From Thermomicrobiales bacterium (GTDB lineage Bacteria > Chloroflexota > Chloroflexia > Thermomicrobiales > UBA6265), in assembly GCA_049841275.1 (NCBI GenBank), contig JASGDN010000059.1:10806-74805 (forward strand): a stretch of DNA of 64,000 bases. The letters are read 5' to 3'. Below the pieces are notes generated by a model, which worked only from the letters and a program-made list of their open reading frames with translations, had not been told where the DNA came from and did no database searches. The position numbers and the translations under genes were made by a program. Positions 48,245-61,711 of the stretch are shown here, piece by piece. The stretch's first letter is position 1. Each line of letters begins with the position of its first letter.

Positions 48245-48802
48245 ATGATTGCCGATATCCTGAAAAACGGCGAAGAGCGCATGAACAAGGCGCTGGACGC
48301 GCTCAACAAGAATCTGGGCACCATTCGGACCGGGCGCGCCAACCCTGCACTGCTGGATCGCATCACCGTCGAGTACTACGGCACCCCGACGCCGTTGAAC
48401 CAGTTGTCGAATATCTCGACACCGGAAGCGCGGCTCATCGTCATCCAGCCATACGACCGCAGCACCATCGGGCCAATCGAAAAGGCCATCCTTCAGTCCG
48501 ACCTCGGCATCAACCCCAGCAATGACGGCCAGCTCATCCGTCTCGCCATCCCGCCCCTCACCGAGGAGCGTCGCAAGCAGATGGTGAAGTCGGTTCACGC
48601 TACGGTCGAGGAAGGCAAGGTTGCCATCCGCAACGTTCGTCGTGACGCGCTCCAGCACGCCCGCGACCTCCTCGCCAAGAAGGAGATCTCCGAGGACGAC
48701 GAACGCCGCGCCCAGCAGGAACTCGACACGCTGACCAAGAAGCATGTCGAGGAAGCGGACAAGCTCGGCAAGGCCAAGGAACATGAAGTCCTGGAAGTCT
48801 GA
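48245..48802 (+). CDS. frr: ribosome recycling factor
   Basis: ORF 48245..48802 (185 aa). It has LGTIRTGRANPALLD and IPPLTEERRKQMVK. Confidence 0.95.
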   Translation: MIADILKNGEERMNKALDALNKNLGTIRTGRANPALLDRITVEYYGTPTPLNQLSNISTPEARLIVIQPYDRSTIGPIEKAILQSDLGINPSNDGQLIRLAIPPLTEERRKQMVKSVHATVEEGKVAIRNVRRDALQHARDLLAKKEISEDDERRAQQELDTLTKKHVEEADKLGKAKEHEVLEV

Positions 48803-48804
48803 CC

Positions 48805-49584
48805 ATGACCGATGAGGGCTGCGACCACTCCACACCATCCCCGATCGATGGGACCACGCTTCCGCCGGGACGTTCCCCACAGCACGTTGCCATCATCATG
48901 GATGGCAACGGCCGCTGGGCCACGCGTCAGGGCCTGTCCCGCATCGAGGGGCACAAGCATGGCACCGAGAACATCCGCGCCATCGTCCGCGCGGCCGGTG
49001 TGCTGGGCGTCAAGTACCTCACGCTGTGGGCGTTCTCGACCGAGAACTGGCGACGCCCGAAGGAGGAGGTGGACGGCCTGCTCGCCATCCTGGCCCACGC
49101 CATCGAGTCGGAGACCGACGAGCTGAACAGGCAAGGCGCCCAACTCCGCCACATCGGCGACCTCGACGCCCTCGACGAGGAGTTGCAGCGTTCCATCCAG
49201 GATGCCATCCAGCTCACCAGCGGCAACGAGGGCATCGTCCTCACGCTCGCCTTCAACTACGGCGGCCGGCAAGAACTCCTGCATGCGGTCCGCAAGATCA
49301 TCTCCGAAGGGCTCCCGCCGGACGATGTGACCGAGGAAACCATCGCGGACCATCTCTTCACGCGGGATATGCCGGATGTCGACCTCATCATCCGCACATC
49401 GGGTGAATATCGCATGTCCAACTTCCTGCTTTGGCAGGGAGCGTTCGCGGAATTCTTCTTCTCACCGAAGTTCTGGCCGGACTTCGGTCCCGATGACCTG
49501 CGCGAGGCCATCACCGATTACGCCCAACGCGAACGACGCTTCGGCGCGGTCTCGGCCAAGGCCATCGCCGGAACCACATCATGA
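48805..49584 (+). CDS. uppS: di-trans,poly-cis-undecaprenyl-diphosphate synthase
   Basis: ORF 48805..49584 (259 aa). It has HVAIIMDGNGRWA, LTLWAFSTENWRRP and RTSGEYRMSNFLLWQ. Confidence 0.95.
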   Translation: MTDEGCDHSTPSPIDGTTLPPGRSPQHVAIIMDGNGRWATRQGLSRIEGHKHGTENIRAIVRAAGVLGVKYLTLWAFSTENWRRPKEEVDGLLAILAHAIESETDELNRQGAQLRHIGDLDALDEELQRSIQDAIQLTSGNEGIVLTLAFNYGGRQELLHAVRKIISEGLPPDDVTEETIADHLFTRDMPDVDLIIRTSGEYRMSNFLLWQGAFAEFFFSPKFWPDFGPDDLREAITDYAQRERRFGAVSAKAIAGTTS

Positions 49585-50447
49585 AACAGCGTTCGATCTC
49601 GGCGATCGGCGTCGTGCTGATCGGGTTGATCCCCGCCATCATCGGTGGCCCCATCTTTGCCATCGTTTTCGGGCTGGTCTGCCTTGTTGCCCTGCACGAA
49701 CTCCTCGGCATCGTGGGGATGCAGCCGCGCGACCGCATGACCTACGTTGCCTACGCGGTCGTGGTCGTTGCAACGGCGATGGCCGCTCTCGGCGATGGAC
49801 ATCGCACCTTCCCGGTTGTCGTGGCACTGGCGGCCTTCGGACCGCTCGCGCTCGGCGTGCTGGACGATGCCGAGGATTCCCCGGACCTGATCGGGCGCTG
49901 GGCGCGAACCACCGCCGCAACGCTCTATCTGGCGCTGCCGGCATTCGCAGCCATCTCGCTCCGTTCCACCCAGGGCTTCTCGGAACGATCCTGGCTCGAC
50001 TCGCTGAGTGACGCGTTGAGCTTCACCAACACCCCAACCGGAAAGGGGCTCGGCTGGCTGCTGCTCGCGATCCTCGTCACCTGGCTCTCCGACACCGTCG
50101 CCTATCTCGTCGGACGCAGCATCGGCAAGACACCGCTCCTGCCCCGTGTCAGCCCCAAGAAGACCGTCGAAGGGGCAGCAGGCGGCATCATCGCGGCCGG
50201 TCTCACCGGACTGATCTGCACACTCGCCTTCGGCCTGCACGTCCATCCGCTCACCGGCCTGCTGGTCGGCGTCGTGCTCGGGGTCGTCGGCATTCTGGGA
50301 GATCTCTGCGAATCGCTCCTGAAACGCCGTGCCGGCGTGAAGGACAGCGGCACGCTCATTCCCGGCCATGGCGGCTTCCTCGATCGGATCGACGCCATGA
50401 TCTTCGTCATCGTCACGACATGGCTCCTGTTGCCATTCCTGCCGTAG
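49581..50447 (+). CDS. cdsA: phosphatidate cytidylyltransferase
   Basis: ORF 49581..50447 (288 aa). It has SPKKTVEGAAGG and GHGGFLDRIDAM. A 4-nt overlap links it to uppS. Confidence 0.9.
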   Translation: MKQRSISAIGVVLIGLIPAIIGGPIFAIVFGLVCLVALHELLGIVGMQPRDRMTYVAYAVVVVATAMAALGDGHRTFPVVVALAAFGPLALGVLDDAEDSPDLIGRWARTTAATLYLALPAFAAISLRSTQGFSERSWLDSLSDALSFTNTPTGKGLGWLLLAILVTWLSDTVAYLVGRSIGKTPLLPRVSPKKTVEGAAGGIIAAGLTGLICTLAFGLHVHPLTGLLVGVVLGVVGILGDLCESLLKRRAGVKDSGTLIPGHGGFLDRIDAMIFVIVTTWLLLPFLP

Positions 50448-50466
50448 TGGCGCTGGAGTACCTGCC

Positions 50467-51624
50467 TTGGCCGCATCCGCATCCACCGCACAACCCATCC
50501 GGCTCGCCCTGCTCGGTTCGACCGGCTCCATCGGCACGCAGACGCTGGAGGTCGTCGATCACCACCCTGGCCGCTTCGAGATCGTTGCGCTTGCGGCAGG
50601 CAAACGTCACGATGTCCTCGCCGACCAAGTCCGCCGCTACAGGCCCGCGATCGTAGTTGCAGAAAACGCACCGGCGATCGCGGGCAAGCCAGCCTTGCCA
50701 AGTCCGGAAGGACTTATGGAAGCGGCGACGCATCCCGACGTCGACATCGTCGTGGTGGCGACATCCGGACATGCCGCGATTCCGGCGGTGATGGCAGCGA
50801 TCGAGGCCGGGAAGACCATCGCAATCGCGAACAAGGAAACGCTCGTCTGTGCCGGCGAGCTGATCATGCCGCTGGCCAGGAAGCACGGCGTCGAGATTCG
50901 CACCGTCGATAGCGAGCACAGCGCCATCTGGCAGTCGCTTGGCGGCCGGCCCGCGAAGGAGGCCGACCGCCTACTGCTCACGGCGTCTGGCGGTCCGTTC
51001 CGCACCACGCCCATCGCGGAACTCGCCGATGCCACCGTGGCCCAGGCACTCGCCCATCCGAACTTCGCAATGGGCGGCAAGCTGACAATCGACAGCGCCA
51101 CGATGATGAACAAGGGACTGGAGGTCATCGAGGCACGCTGGCTCTTCGATGTCCCCTTCGAGAAGATCGAGATCGTGATCCATCCCCAGCAGATCATCCA
51201 CTCGATGGCCGAGTTTCCGGATGGCAGCGTGATCGCGCAACTCGGCACACCGGACATGCGCCTGCCGATCCAGTACGCCCTCACCTACCCCGACCACCTG
51301 CGTTCACCAGGCACACGCCTCGACTTCACGGCGCTCCCGGCCTTGACCTTCGAGTCCCCGGACCTCGAGAAGTTCCCATCGCTCCGGATCGCACGGGAGG
51401 CCGGTGTCGCCGGAGAAACCCTTCCCACGGTGCTCAGCGCCGCCGATGAGGTAGCCGTAGAGGCATTCATGCACGGAAAACTCACCTTCCTGGGTATTCC
51501 GCGCCTCGTGGAGACCGTGCTTTCACACCATGAGCCGCGCCCCATCCGAAATCTGGAAACGGTACTGGAAGCGGACCGTTGGGCACGCGAGACGGCACGC
51601 GCGTTGCTGACCGCTCACGCCTGA
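50467..51624 (+). CDS. dxr: 1-deoxy-D-xylulose 5-phosphate reductoisomerase
   Basis: ORF 50467..51624 (385 aa). It has LLGSTGSIGTQTL, ANKETLVCAG, DSEHSAIWQ and HPNFAMGGKLTIDSATMMNKGLE. Confidence 0.95.
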   Translation: MAASASTAQPIRLALLGSTGSIGTQTLEVVDHHPGRFEIVALAAGKRHDVLADQVRRYRPAIVVAENAPAIAGKPALPSPEGLMEAATHPDVDIVVVATSGHAAIPAVMAAIEAGKTIAIANKETLVCAGELIMPLARKHGVEIRTVDSEHSAIWQSLGGRPAKEADRLLLTASGGPFRTTPIAELADATVAQALAHPNFAMGGKLTIDSATMMNKGLEVIEARWLFDVPFEKIEIVIHPQQIIHSMAEFPDGSVIAQLGTPDMRLPIQYALTYPDHLRSPGTRLDFTALPALTFESPDLEKFPSLRIAREAGVAGETLPTVLSAADEVAVEAFMHGKLTFLGIPRLVETVLSHHEPRPIRNLETVLEADRWARETARALLTAHA

Positions 51625-51632
51625 ATCCGAAT

Positions 51633-52406
51633 TCATCGCCCGTCACGCACCAACCCCATCCGCCGCAACGCGTCCAGATGATCGCTATCGAGATCGACTG
51701 CCACGGTCGCAACGAGGATCCGGTCGAATCCACCGGCCACGAGGGCTTCTGCGCACGCCCCCAACGTCGATCCGGTCGTCCGAACATCGTCGATCAGGAC
51801 GTAGCGCCCCGCTGGCGGTGCATTCCCAACGAACGCAAATGCATGGGCGACATTGCGACGGCGGTCATCCGCGCCGAGCGTCATCTGCGCCGTGGTGTGG
51901 CGCGTGCGCTGTATCATCGGAGTCAGCGGAACGTCGAGCGCCGTGGAGACAGCGCGTGCGAACAGGTCCGCCTGGTTGTATCCACGCTCGCGCTGCTTGC
52001 GCGGGTGCAACGGAACGGGAATCAGTCCATCGACAGGGCCGAGCAAGCGCACCACATCGACAAGCTCCTGGCCGAGATGATCGGCGCGGGCAGACTCATT
52101 CTCGTACTTCACCCGCTTAATCGCCTCCGCTACCCACCCGGTGTATGGAAAGGGCGAAACCGCCCGTTCGATCGCCGGATGCAGCGTTCGGCACGAACAT
52201 CGACCGGCAACGCGAGGGACGCCACAGCGGGGGCATCCCCGATCACCGATCGGCAGCAGCGTGGCACGACAGGCATCGCACACCCAGGTGCCCCGACGGT
52301 CGCAGCCGGCACACTGTCTCGGAAAGACAGCATCGACCATGACACTGGCCAACGATTCACCCAGGCGACGATAGCGCCCCATCCCTGTCCCCGGAGTTGA
52401 CCGCAT
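51633..52406 (-). CDS. comF: ComF-family phosphoribosyltransferase-domain protein
   Basis: ORF 51633..52406 (257 aa). It has an N-terminal double CxxC zinc motif (CAGCDRRGTWVCDAC...CPRCG) and a PRTase loop (VLIDDVRTTGST). The start is uncertain (52406, 52382 or 52340). Confidence 0.8.
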   Translation of the reverse strand: MRSTPGTGMGRYRRLGESLASVMVDAVFPRQCAGCDRRGTWVCDACRATLLPIGDRGCPRCGVPRVAGRCSCRTLHPAIERAVSPFPYTGWVAEAIKRVKYENESARADHLGQELVDVVRLLGPVDGLIPVPLHPRKQRERGYNQADLFARAVSTALDVPLTPMIQRTRHTTAQMTLGADDRRRNVAHAFAFVGNAPPAGRYVLIDDVRTTGSTLGACAEALVAGGFDRILVATVAVDLDSDHLDALRRMGLVRDGR

Positions 52407-54708
52407 GGCTCACCTCTTCCATGACATTCCCCATCCGCCGCAGGATACCGCGATGCGCCATCACCGTGACGACAGGCATCATGACGATCCGTTCGACGAT
52501 GGAGACATCCAGGCGCTCCTCTATGGCGTCGACCCGACACCGGGCATCGTGGCCGCCGAGTTCCGGCCGCCCAATCGCGTCCTGTTGTATCAACGAGACC
52601 CGGAAACCGGCGAGACCCGCGTCATCGAACGCCAGTTCCGCCCCTGGTTGATCGCCACCGACGCTACCCGCTGGGAAGGGTTCCGACCGGGACCGGTCGT
52701 GAGTCAGCTGTCGGGCAACCACCCGCTCAATATTCTTGTCGAGTTCGAGACCTGGGAACAGTACCGGCGTGCCATCCAACTTATGCCGGAGCGCTCGCAG
52801 GAGGTGTATTTCACCAACGCGCCAATCAGCCAGTTCCTGCTCGCCAGCGGCGTCACCCTGTTCAAGGAAATGGCATTCACCGATCTGCGCCGTATGCAAC
52901 TCGACATCGAGACACTGGGACTCGATCCGACCGTGGACGCCGCCGCGATCATCATGGTTGCGATCAGGCAGGGCACTCACGAAGAGTTGCTGATGCTCGA
53001 CACCTCAGAGGCCGACCTGATCGAGCGCTTCGTGGAGGTCTTCACACGGCTCGATCCGGATGTGATCGAAGGGCACAACCTCTTCAACTTCGATATCCCC
53101 TACATCATCGAACGAGCACACCGTCATGGCGTCCCCTTGCCGCTCGGACGAGATGGTTCGGTGATCGCCACCAGCGATTCGGTCCAGCGCTTCCGGGTCG
53201 GGCCGACCTCGATCCCCTATACCCTCGCGCACCTCCACGGGCGGCACATCGTCGATACCTATCAGCAGATCCAGCGATTCGATGCTATCGGCCGACTGCC
53301 GAGTTATGGATTGAAGAACGTCATCCGCGACCTTGGTCTGGAACGGGAAGATCGCGTCCACGTCCAGGGCGAGGCGATCGCCGATATGTGGCGGAGCGGT
53401 CTCCGCGATCGGGAACGGCTGGCGGACTATGCGATGGACGACGTCCGCGACGTGGATGTCCTGGCACGAATCGCGGTGCCGACCGAGTTCTATCAGACCC
53501 AGATCCTGCCCATGACCTTCCAGCGCACGACGATCACAGGAACGGGACGCAAGATCGACGACCTGATGGTGCGCGCCTATCTCGCTGCTGGCCACAGTCT
53601 GCCGAAGGCGCAAACACCCCGGGCTTATCCGGGAGGATTCGTCGAATTGGTCGAAAGCGGGGTCTTCGGACCGATCGTGAAAGGGGATGTGGAGAGCCTG
53701 TATCCGTCGATCATGCTGGCCGAGCAGATCACGAGCGTGTCGGACAGCCTGCGAGCCTTCCCGCTTCTCCTGCGTGACCTGACACAACGGCGCCTGGACG
53801 CGAAGCAGCGCATGCGAACAACGACCGGCTCCGAACGGGCGCTCTGGGATGGCCTGCAATCGAGCTTCAAGGTGCTGATCAACTCGTTCTATGGGTATCT
53901 CGGCTTCGGCGGCGGGCTGTTCAACGACTTCGATGCCGCCGAGAAGGTGACACTGGAGGGGCAGCGCCTGATCCAGCGCGTCGTGGCGGAATTGAAGAGC
54001 GCCGGCGCCCGGCCGATCGAGGTAGATACGGATGGGGTGTATTTCACTCCGCCGCCCGGCGTCGAAACCGAGGATGACGAGGAGCGATTCGTTGGGGCAA
54101 TCGGCTCCCACGCGCTCCCGGCGAGTATCCGGCTGGCACACGACGGCCGCTACGCACGAATGCTCTCGCTCAAGATCAAGACGTACGCCCTGCTGGACTA
54201 CGATGGCGCCTTGACCCTGAAAGGAAGTGCGCTACGAAGCCGCAAGATGGAGCGCATCTTCCAACGTTTCATCGACCAGGCGGCACGAGGTCTCCTCTCG
54301 GATCAACGCGACGCCGTCCGTGAGGAATACTTTCGGATTGCGGAGGCGTTGCTCACTCACGAGGTTCCACCTTCCGATATCAGCCAATGGACGATGGTAA
54401 ACGCGAGGACGCTGGAGTCGCAACCACGCCTGCATACGCTGCTTCGGGCGCATCCCGGACGGTGGCGGGCGGGAGAGCGGGTAGAGATCTACGAACGACA
54501 GGATGGATCGTTCGGATTCGTGGAGGACTACGCCCAGGACGAGAATACGCGAACGCTGCTCCGCAAGTTGCACGACACGGCCATCCGCTTCGAGGACGCC
54601 TTCAGCTCGTCCGCCGAGTTCGAGGCGTTCTTTCCTCTCATCACGCCTCGGACCCGCCTGGATGTCGCCCGAGAGATGAAGGCGGTGGAACAGTTAGGCC
54701 TATTCTGA
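52405..54708 (+). CDS. polB: family-B DNA polymerase with 3'-5' exonuclease domain
   Basis: ORF 52405..54708 (767 aa). Exo motifs: Exo I LDIETLG, Exo II GHNLFNFDIPYI, Exo III YAMDDVRD. Pol motifs: A DVESLYPSIM, B KVLINSFYGYLGF, C IEVDTDGVYF. Confidence 0.85.
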   Translation: MAHLFHDIPHPPQDTAMRHHRDDRHHDDPFDDGDIQALLYGVDPTPGIVAAEFRPPNRVLLYQRDPETGETRVIERQFRPWLIATDATRWEGFRPGPVVSQLSGNHPLNILVEFETWEQYRRAIQLMPERSQEVYFTNAPISQFLLASGVTLFKEMAFTDLRRMQLDIETLGLDPTVDAAAIIMVAIRQGTHEELLMLDTSEADLIERFVEVFTRLDPDVIEGHNLFNFDIPYIIERAHRHGVPLPLGRDGSVIATSDSVQRFRVGPTSIPYTLAHLHGRHIVDTYQQIQRFDAIGRLPSYGLKNVIRDLGLEREDRVHVQGEAIADMWRSGLRDRERLADYAMDDVRDVDVLARIAVPTEFYQTQILPMTFQRTTITGTGRKIDDLMVRAYLAAGHSLPKAQTPRAYPGGFVELVESGVFGPIVKGDVESLYPSIMLAEQITSVSDSLRAFPLLLRDLTQRRLDAKQRMRTTTGSERALWDGLQSSFKVLINSFYGYLGFGGGLFNDFDAAEKVTLEGQRLIQRVVAELKSAGARPIEVDTDGVYFTPPPGVETEDDEERFVGAIGSHALPASIRLAHDGRYARMLSLKIKTYALLDYDGALTLKGSALRSRKMERIFQRFIDQAARGLLSDQRDAVREEYFRIAEALLTHEVPPSDISQWTMVNARTLESQPRLHTLLRAHPGRWRAGERVEIYERQDGSFGFVEDYAQDENTRTLLRKLHDTAIRFEDAFSSSAEFEAFFPLITPRTRLDVAREMKAVEQLGLF

Positions 54709-54725
54709 TCCCCGAACGGCCTCAT

Positions 54726-54773
54726 AGGACGCGCCTCCTCCATCACAATCAGTTGATGGAGGAGGCGCGTCCT
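54726..54773. terminator. bidirectional hairpin between convergent polB and small ORF
   Basis: Perfect 20-bp stem aggacgcgcctcctccatca / tgatggaggaggcgcgtcct with an 8-nt loop. Confidence 0.7.
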
Positions 54774-54848
54774 TTCGTGCCGTATATCCACAAAAATCCG
54801 GATACTGAGAGCATCCGGCGAGAAACACGGAATCTTGGGGGCAGGAGA

Positions 54849-55184
54849 TCATCGGGACGATGTGATGGCTTCAGCGACCTGGTTGGCGACCTTCCTGAAT
54901 TCCCGGTTGACCTTGAGCGCGCCGAGAATGCCCATGTTCGCGGCGAAGGTCGCGCTTCCGTTGGACTCCCGACGAAGCACCAGTTGCTGGCCGACGACCG
55001 ATACGTCCAGTAGGAGACGACGATCGCGCTTCTTCGTGACGAACTTGCCTCCCTGATGGGCTCGCGCGGATGTCGCGTCGACAGGTTCCCATAGATAGCC
55101 GCGCGCTTCAACCACTCGACGAACGATGCCCAACGCATCAAGCGGGGCAGTGGTGCCGAGCGAGATCGTCTTCGACTTACTCAC
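54849..55184 (-). CDS. hypothetical small protein (111 aa)
   Basis: ORF 54849..55184. The ATG is preceded by GGAGGA. Composition is protein-like and no family is recognised. Confidence 0.5.
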   Translation of the reverse strand: MSKSKTISLGTTAPLDALGIVRRVVEARGYLWEPVDATSARAHQGGKFVTKKRDRRLLLDVSVVGQQLVLRRESNGSATFAANMGILGALKVNREFRKVANQVAEAITSSR

Positions 55185-55309
55185 ATCGTTCCTCCAGTCT
55201 GCAAATCCTTGGGCGAGGCGTCCAGCGGCGGGGGCGCATGGGAGAAGGGTACACCATGCCCTGGGGGGCGACCCCGGCGCACGGGCAGGCAGGCACGAGT
55301 CTCACAGAA

Positions 55310-55346
55310 CCAACGAAACGACCACCGGCGGAATGCCGATGGTCGT
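55310..55346 (-). terminator. intrinsic terminator of the rRNA operon
   Basis: On the minus strand an 11-bp stem (ACGACCATCGG / CCGGTGGTCGT, one G-U) with a 7-nt loop is followed by TTTCGTTGGTT. It lies just downstream of tRNA-fMet. Confidence 0.6.
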
Positions 55347-55360
55347 TGTGCGTCCTACTG

Positions 55361-55435
<75 letters not shown>

Positions 55436-55471
55436 GCGTGTGGTGTCCAGGCTCCCTGGCGCCCCTGAGGG

Positions 55472-55590
55472 GTGCCCGCGACGGCCTCGCCTCCCACGGA
55501 GTCGCCCCCGCAGTACTCTCCGGCGCTGCCGTGGGTCACGACCGGGTTCGGGATGGGTCCGGGTGGGTCCACGGCGCTCGCGGCCACGGA
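55472..55590 (-). rRNA. rrf: 5S ribosomal RNA
   Basis: The reverse complement contains CCCATCCCGAACCCGGTCGTGA...AGAGTACTGCGGGGG...GTGGGAGG, which is typical of 5S. It is flanked by the processing stem ggtgtcc/ggacacc. Ends are approximate. Confidence 0.85.
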
Positions 55591-55719
55591 CACCCCTCAA
55601 GGGTCCCAGCAAACCTGCACACACACTGACGGCCTCGTCCCCGGGTCCGGATCCGGTCCCCGCGGTTCGACCCCGCCGCGCCCATCACGAAGTGCCCATC
55701 GTCCCGTCCGTCCCGCCCA

Positions 55720-58700
<2,981 letters not shown>

Positions 58701-58826
58701 GAACTGCCCGTTCCGATGGGTCGTCTTCGTGATGCGCGCGGCGAGCCCCAACCTCGGTGCTCACCGCATCCGGATCCCCAGGAGAGATCCGCCTGTCTTG
58801 TCAAGGTCCGCGCAGAATCCGTCGGG

Positions 58827-58899
58827 TGGAGCCGCGGGGATTCGAACCCCGGACCTCCGCCGTGCAAAGGCGGCGCTCTCCCAGCTAAGCTACGGCCCC
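58827..58899 (-). tRNA. tRNA-Ala (anticodon TGC)
   Basis: GGGGCCG acceptor with the G3:U70 pair, anticodon loop CTTTGCACG, T loop TTCGAAT. Confidence 0.9.
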
Positions 58900-58925
58900 C
58901 GATTGCCTTCTCCCACCCCTCCGGG

Positions 58926-58999
58926 TGGGCGCGCCAGGACTCGAACCTGGGACCTCGGCCTTATCAGGGCCGCGCTCTCACCACCTGAGCTACGCGCCC
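58926..58999 (-). tRNA. tRNA-Ile (anticodon GAT)
   Basis: GGGCGCG acceptor, anticodon loop CCTGATAAG, T arm CCAGG-TTCGAGT-CCTGG. Confidence 0.9.
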
Positions 59000-59365
59000 G
59001 TCCCCAACAGCCCGCACGCGGGGGCTTCCCCCTCGCCCGGCCTGCCGGATCCTGCTGCACACCAACGCCGCCCCGGAAGGATTCCTCCTCCCCGGCCGCG
59101 ACCCCGGTGTCGAAGACGAAGCAGGTCCCGAGTCCAGTCCTTCCCCGCGCCAGGCCCGCCAGGGCGCCGCTCCGGCGCCGGCATCCGTTTCACCGTCCCG
59201 CCTCTTCCGCGGCCCGGGCGCTCCTGCCGGACCGTCCACCAGGGGGGGTCCCCCGGTCCCGGTCCCGAAGCTCGGTCCCCCGGGCCGCGGCCTCATCGGC
59301 CGGACGCCTGACCTGGGATGTGTGTGGGGCTCTTCCGTCCGGACTCGCCGGACTCCCCTGTCCCT

Positions 59366-60870
<1,505 letters not shown>

Positions 60871-61153
60871 ATTGCGCCGGTCTTCCTCCGGCTCGTGTGC
60901 GCTCGGATCCGGAACGGGTCGCCCCCTCCCGCGATGCCCCAGCACCCCACGGGTCTCTGGCTCGGTTCGTTCTGTCTCTCGGTCCAGCACGGGTCTCCCC
61001 GTCCTGGCCCTGCTTCGTCTTCCACACCCACGTCGCCGCCCCGGCTCCGTCAGTGCCCCCTTCTCCAAGGTCCTGCTCCCACCCTCCCGGGCGTAGCAAT
61101 GCCCCACGTCGCCGTGGGGCGATTCTTCCCGGCTCCTCACCGGCAAGATCCCG

Positions 61154-61182
61154 AGTCTAGCAGACCCGCCAAGCCCTGTCAA
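61154..61182 (-). promoter_or_regulatory. candidate rRNA promoter P2: TTGACA-N17-TAGACT
   Basis: The minus strand reads gtcTTGACAgggcttggcgggtctgcTAGACTcgg, about 280 nt upstream of the mature 16S 5' end. Confidence 0.45.
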
Positions 61183-61341
61183 GACCCCGCCCCAGGAATC
61201 GTTCCCGATCCCCCACGGCCCTCGCCAGCGCCCCCAGGGCGTGTCCTCCACCCCCCGGATCCCGTCCCGCAGCCCCGCCCAGGAGTCTCCCCCCACCACG
61301 TCACTGCCCTCGGGCACCCCCGCTCCCGCGACGGCTCACGC

Positions 61342-61392
61342 AGTATACTCACCCCCTCCCCCTCCTCGCAAGGGGTCCGAGGGTGCTTTTTT
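61342..61392 (-). promoter_or_regulatory. candidate rRNA promoter P1: TTGCGA-N18-TATACT with upstream A6 tract
   Basis: Minus-strand elements are -10 TATACT (61342-61347), -35 TTGCGA (61366-61371) and AAAAAA at 61387-61392, which is in a UP-element-like position. Confidence 0.4.
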
Positions 61393-61711
61393 CGCATCCT
61401 GCACGACGGGTGCGACAGAATGCACGACACGCTCCCGACCGCTTGACTAACTCAGACTGCTCCTTCCTTAAATGCGCCTCGATCCCCTACCCCGATTCCT
61501 CCCGGACCGCCCGCCAGCAGGTGGTGCGCCCTCTCGCGAATACCGCAGAACCGGCCGGACTGCACTGCTACCACGCCCCCGTGAGGCCACCAAATCATGT
61601 CCACTGACAAGCCGGCATGCTAGCATCGCCGCTGGAACCTCGCGGCACCAGCCGCCGGCCTCCGCGCCGGGCTGGCCCGCGCCGATCACCCGCCCTCACA
61701 GTCAGGAAGGA

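Noticed and set aside
61350-61395. Plus-strand hairpin plus T6 run (ggggtccgagggtgcttttttcgc) as a terminator or tiny sRNA downstream of the plus-strand TATACT at 61344
   Set aside because: The stem is weak. The palindrome AGTATACT also gives a minus-strand -10, and the T6 run reads as an A-tract at a UP-element position for a minus-strand rRNA promoter. That is the more economical explanation.
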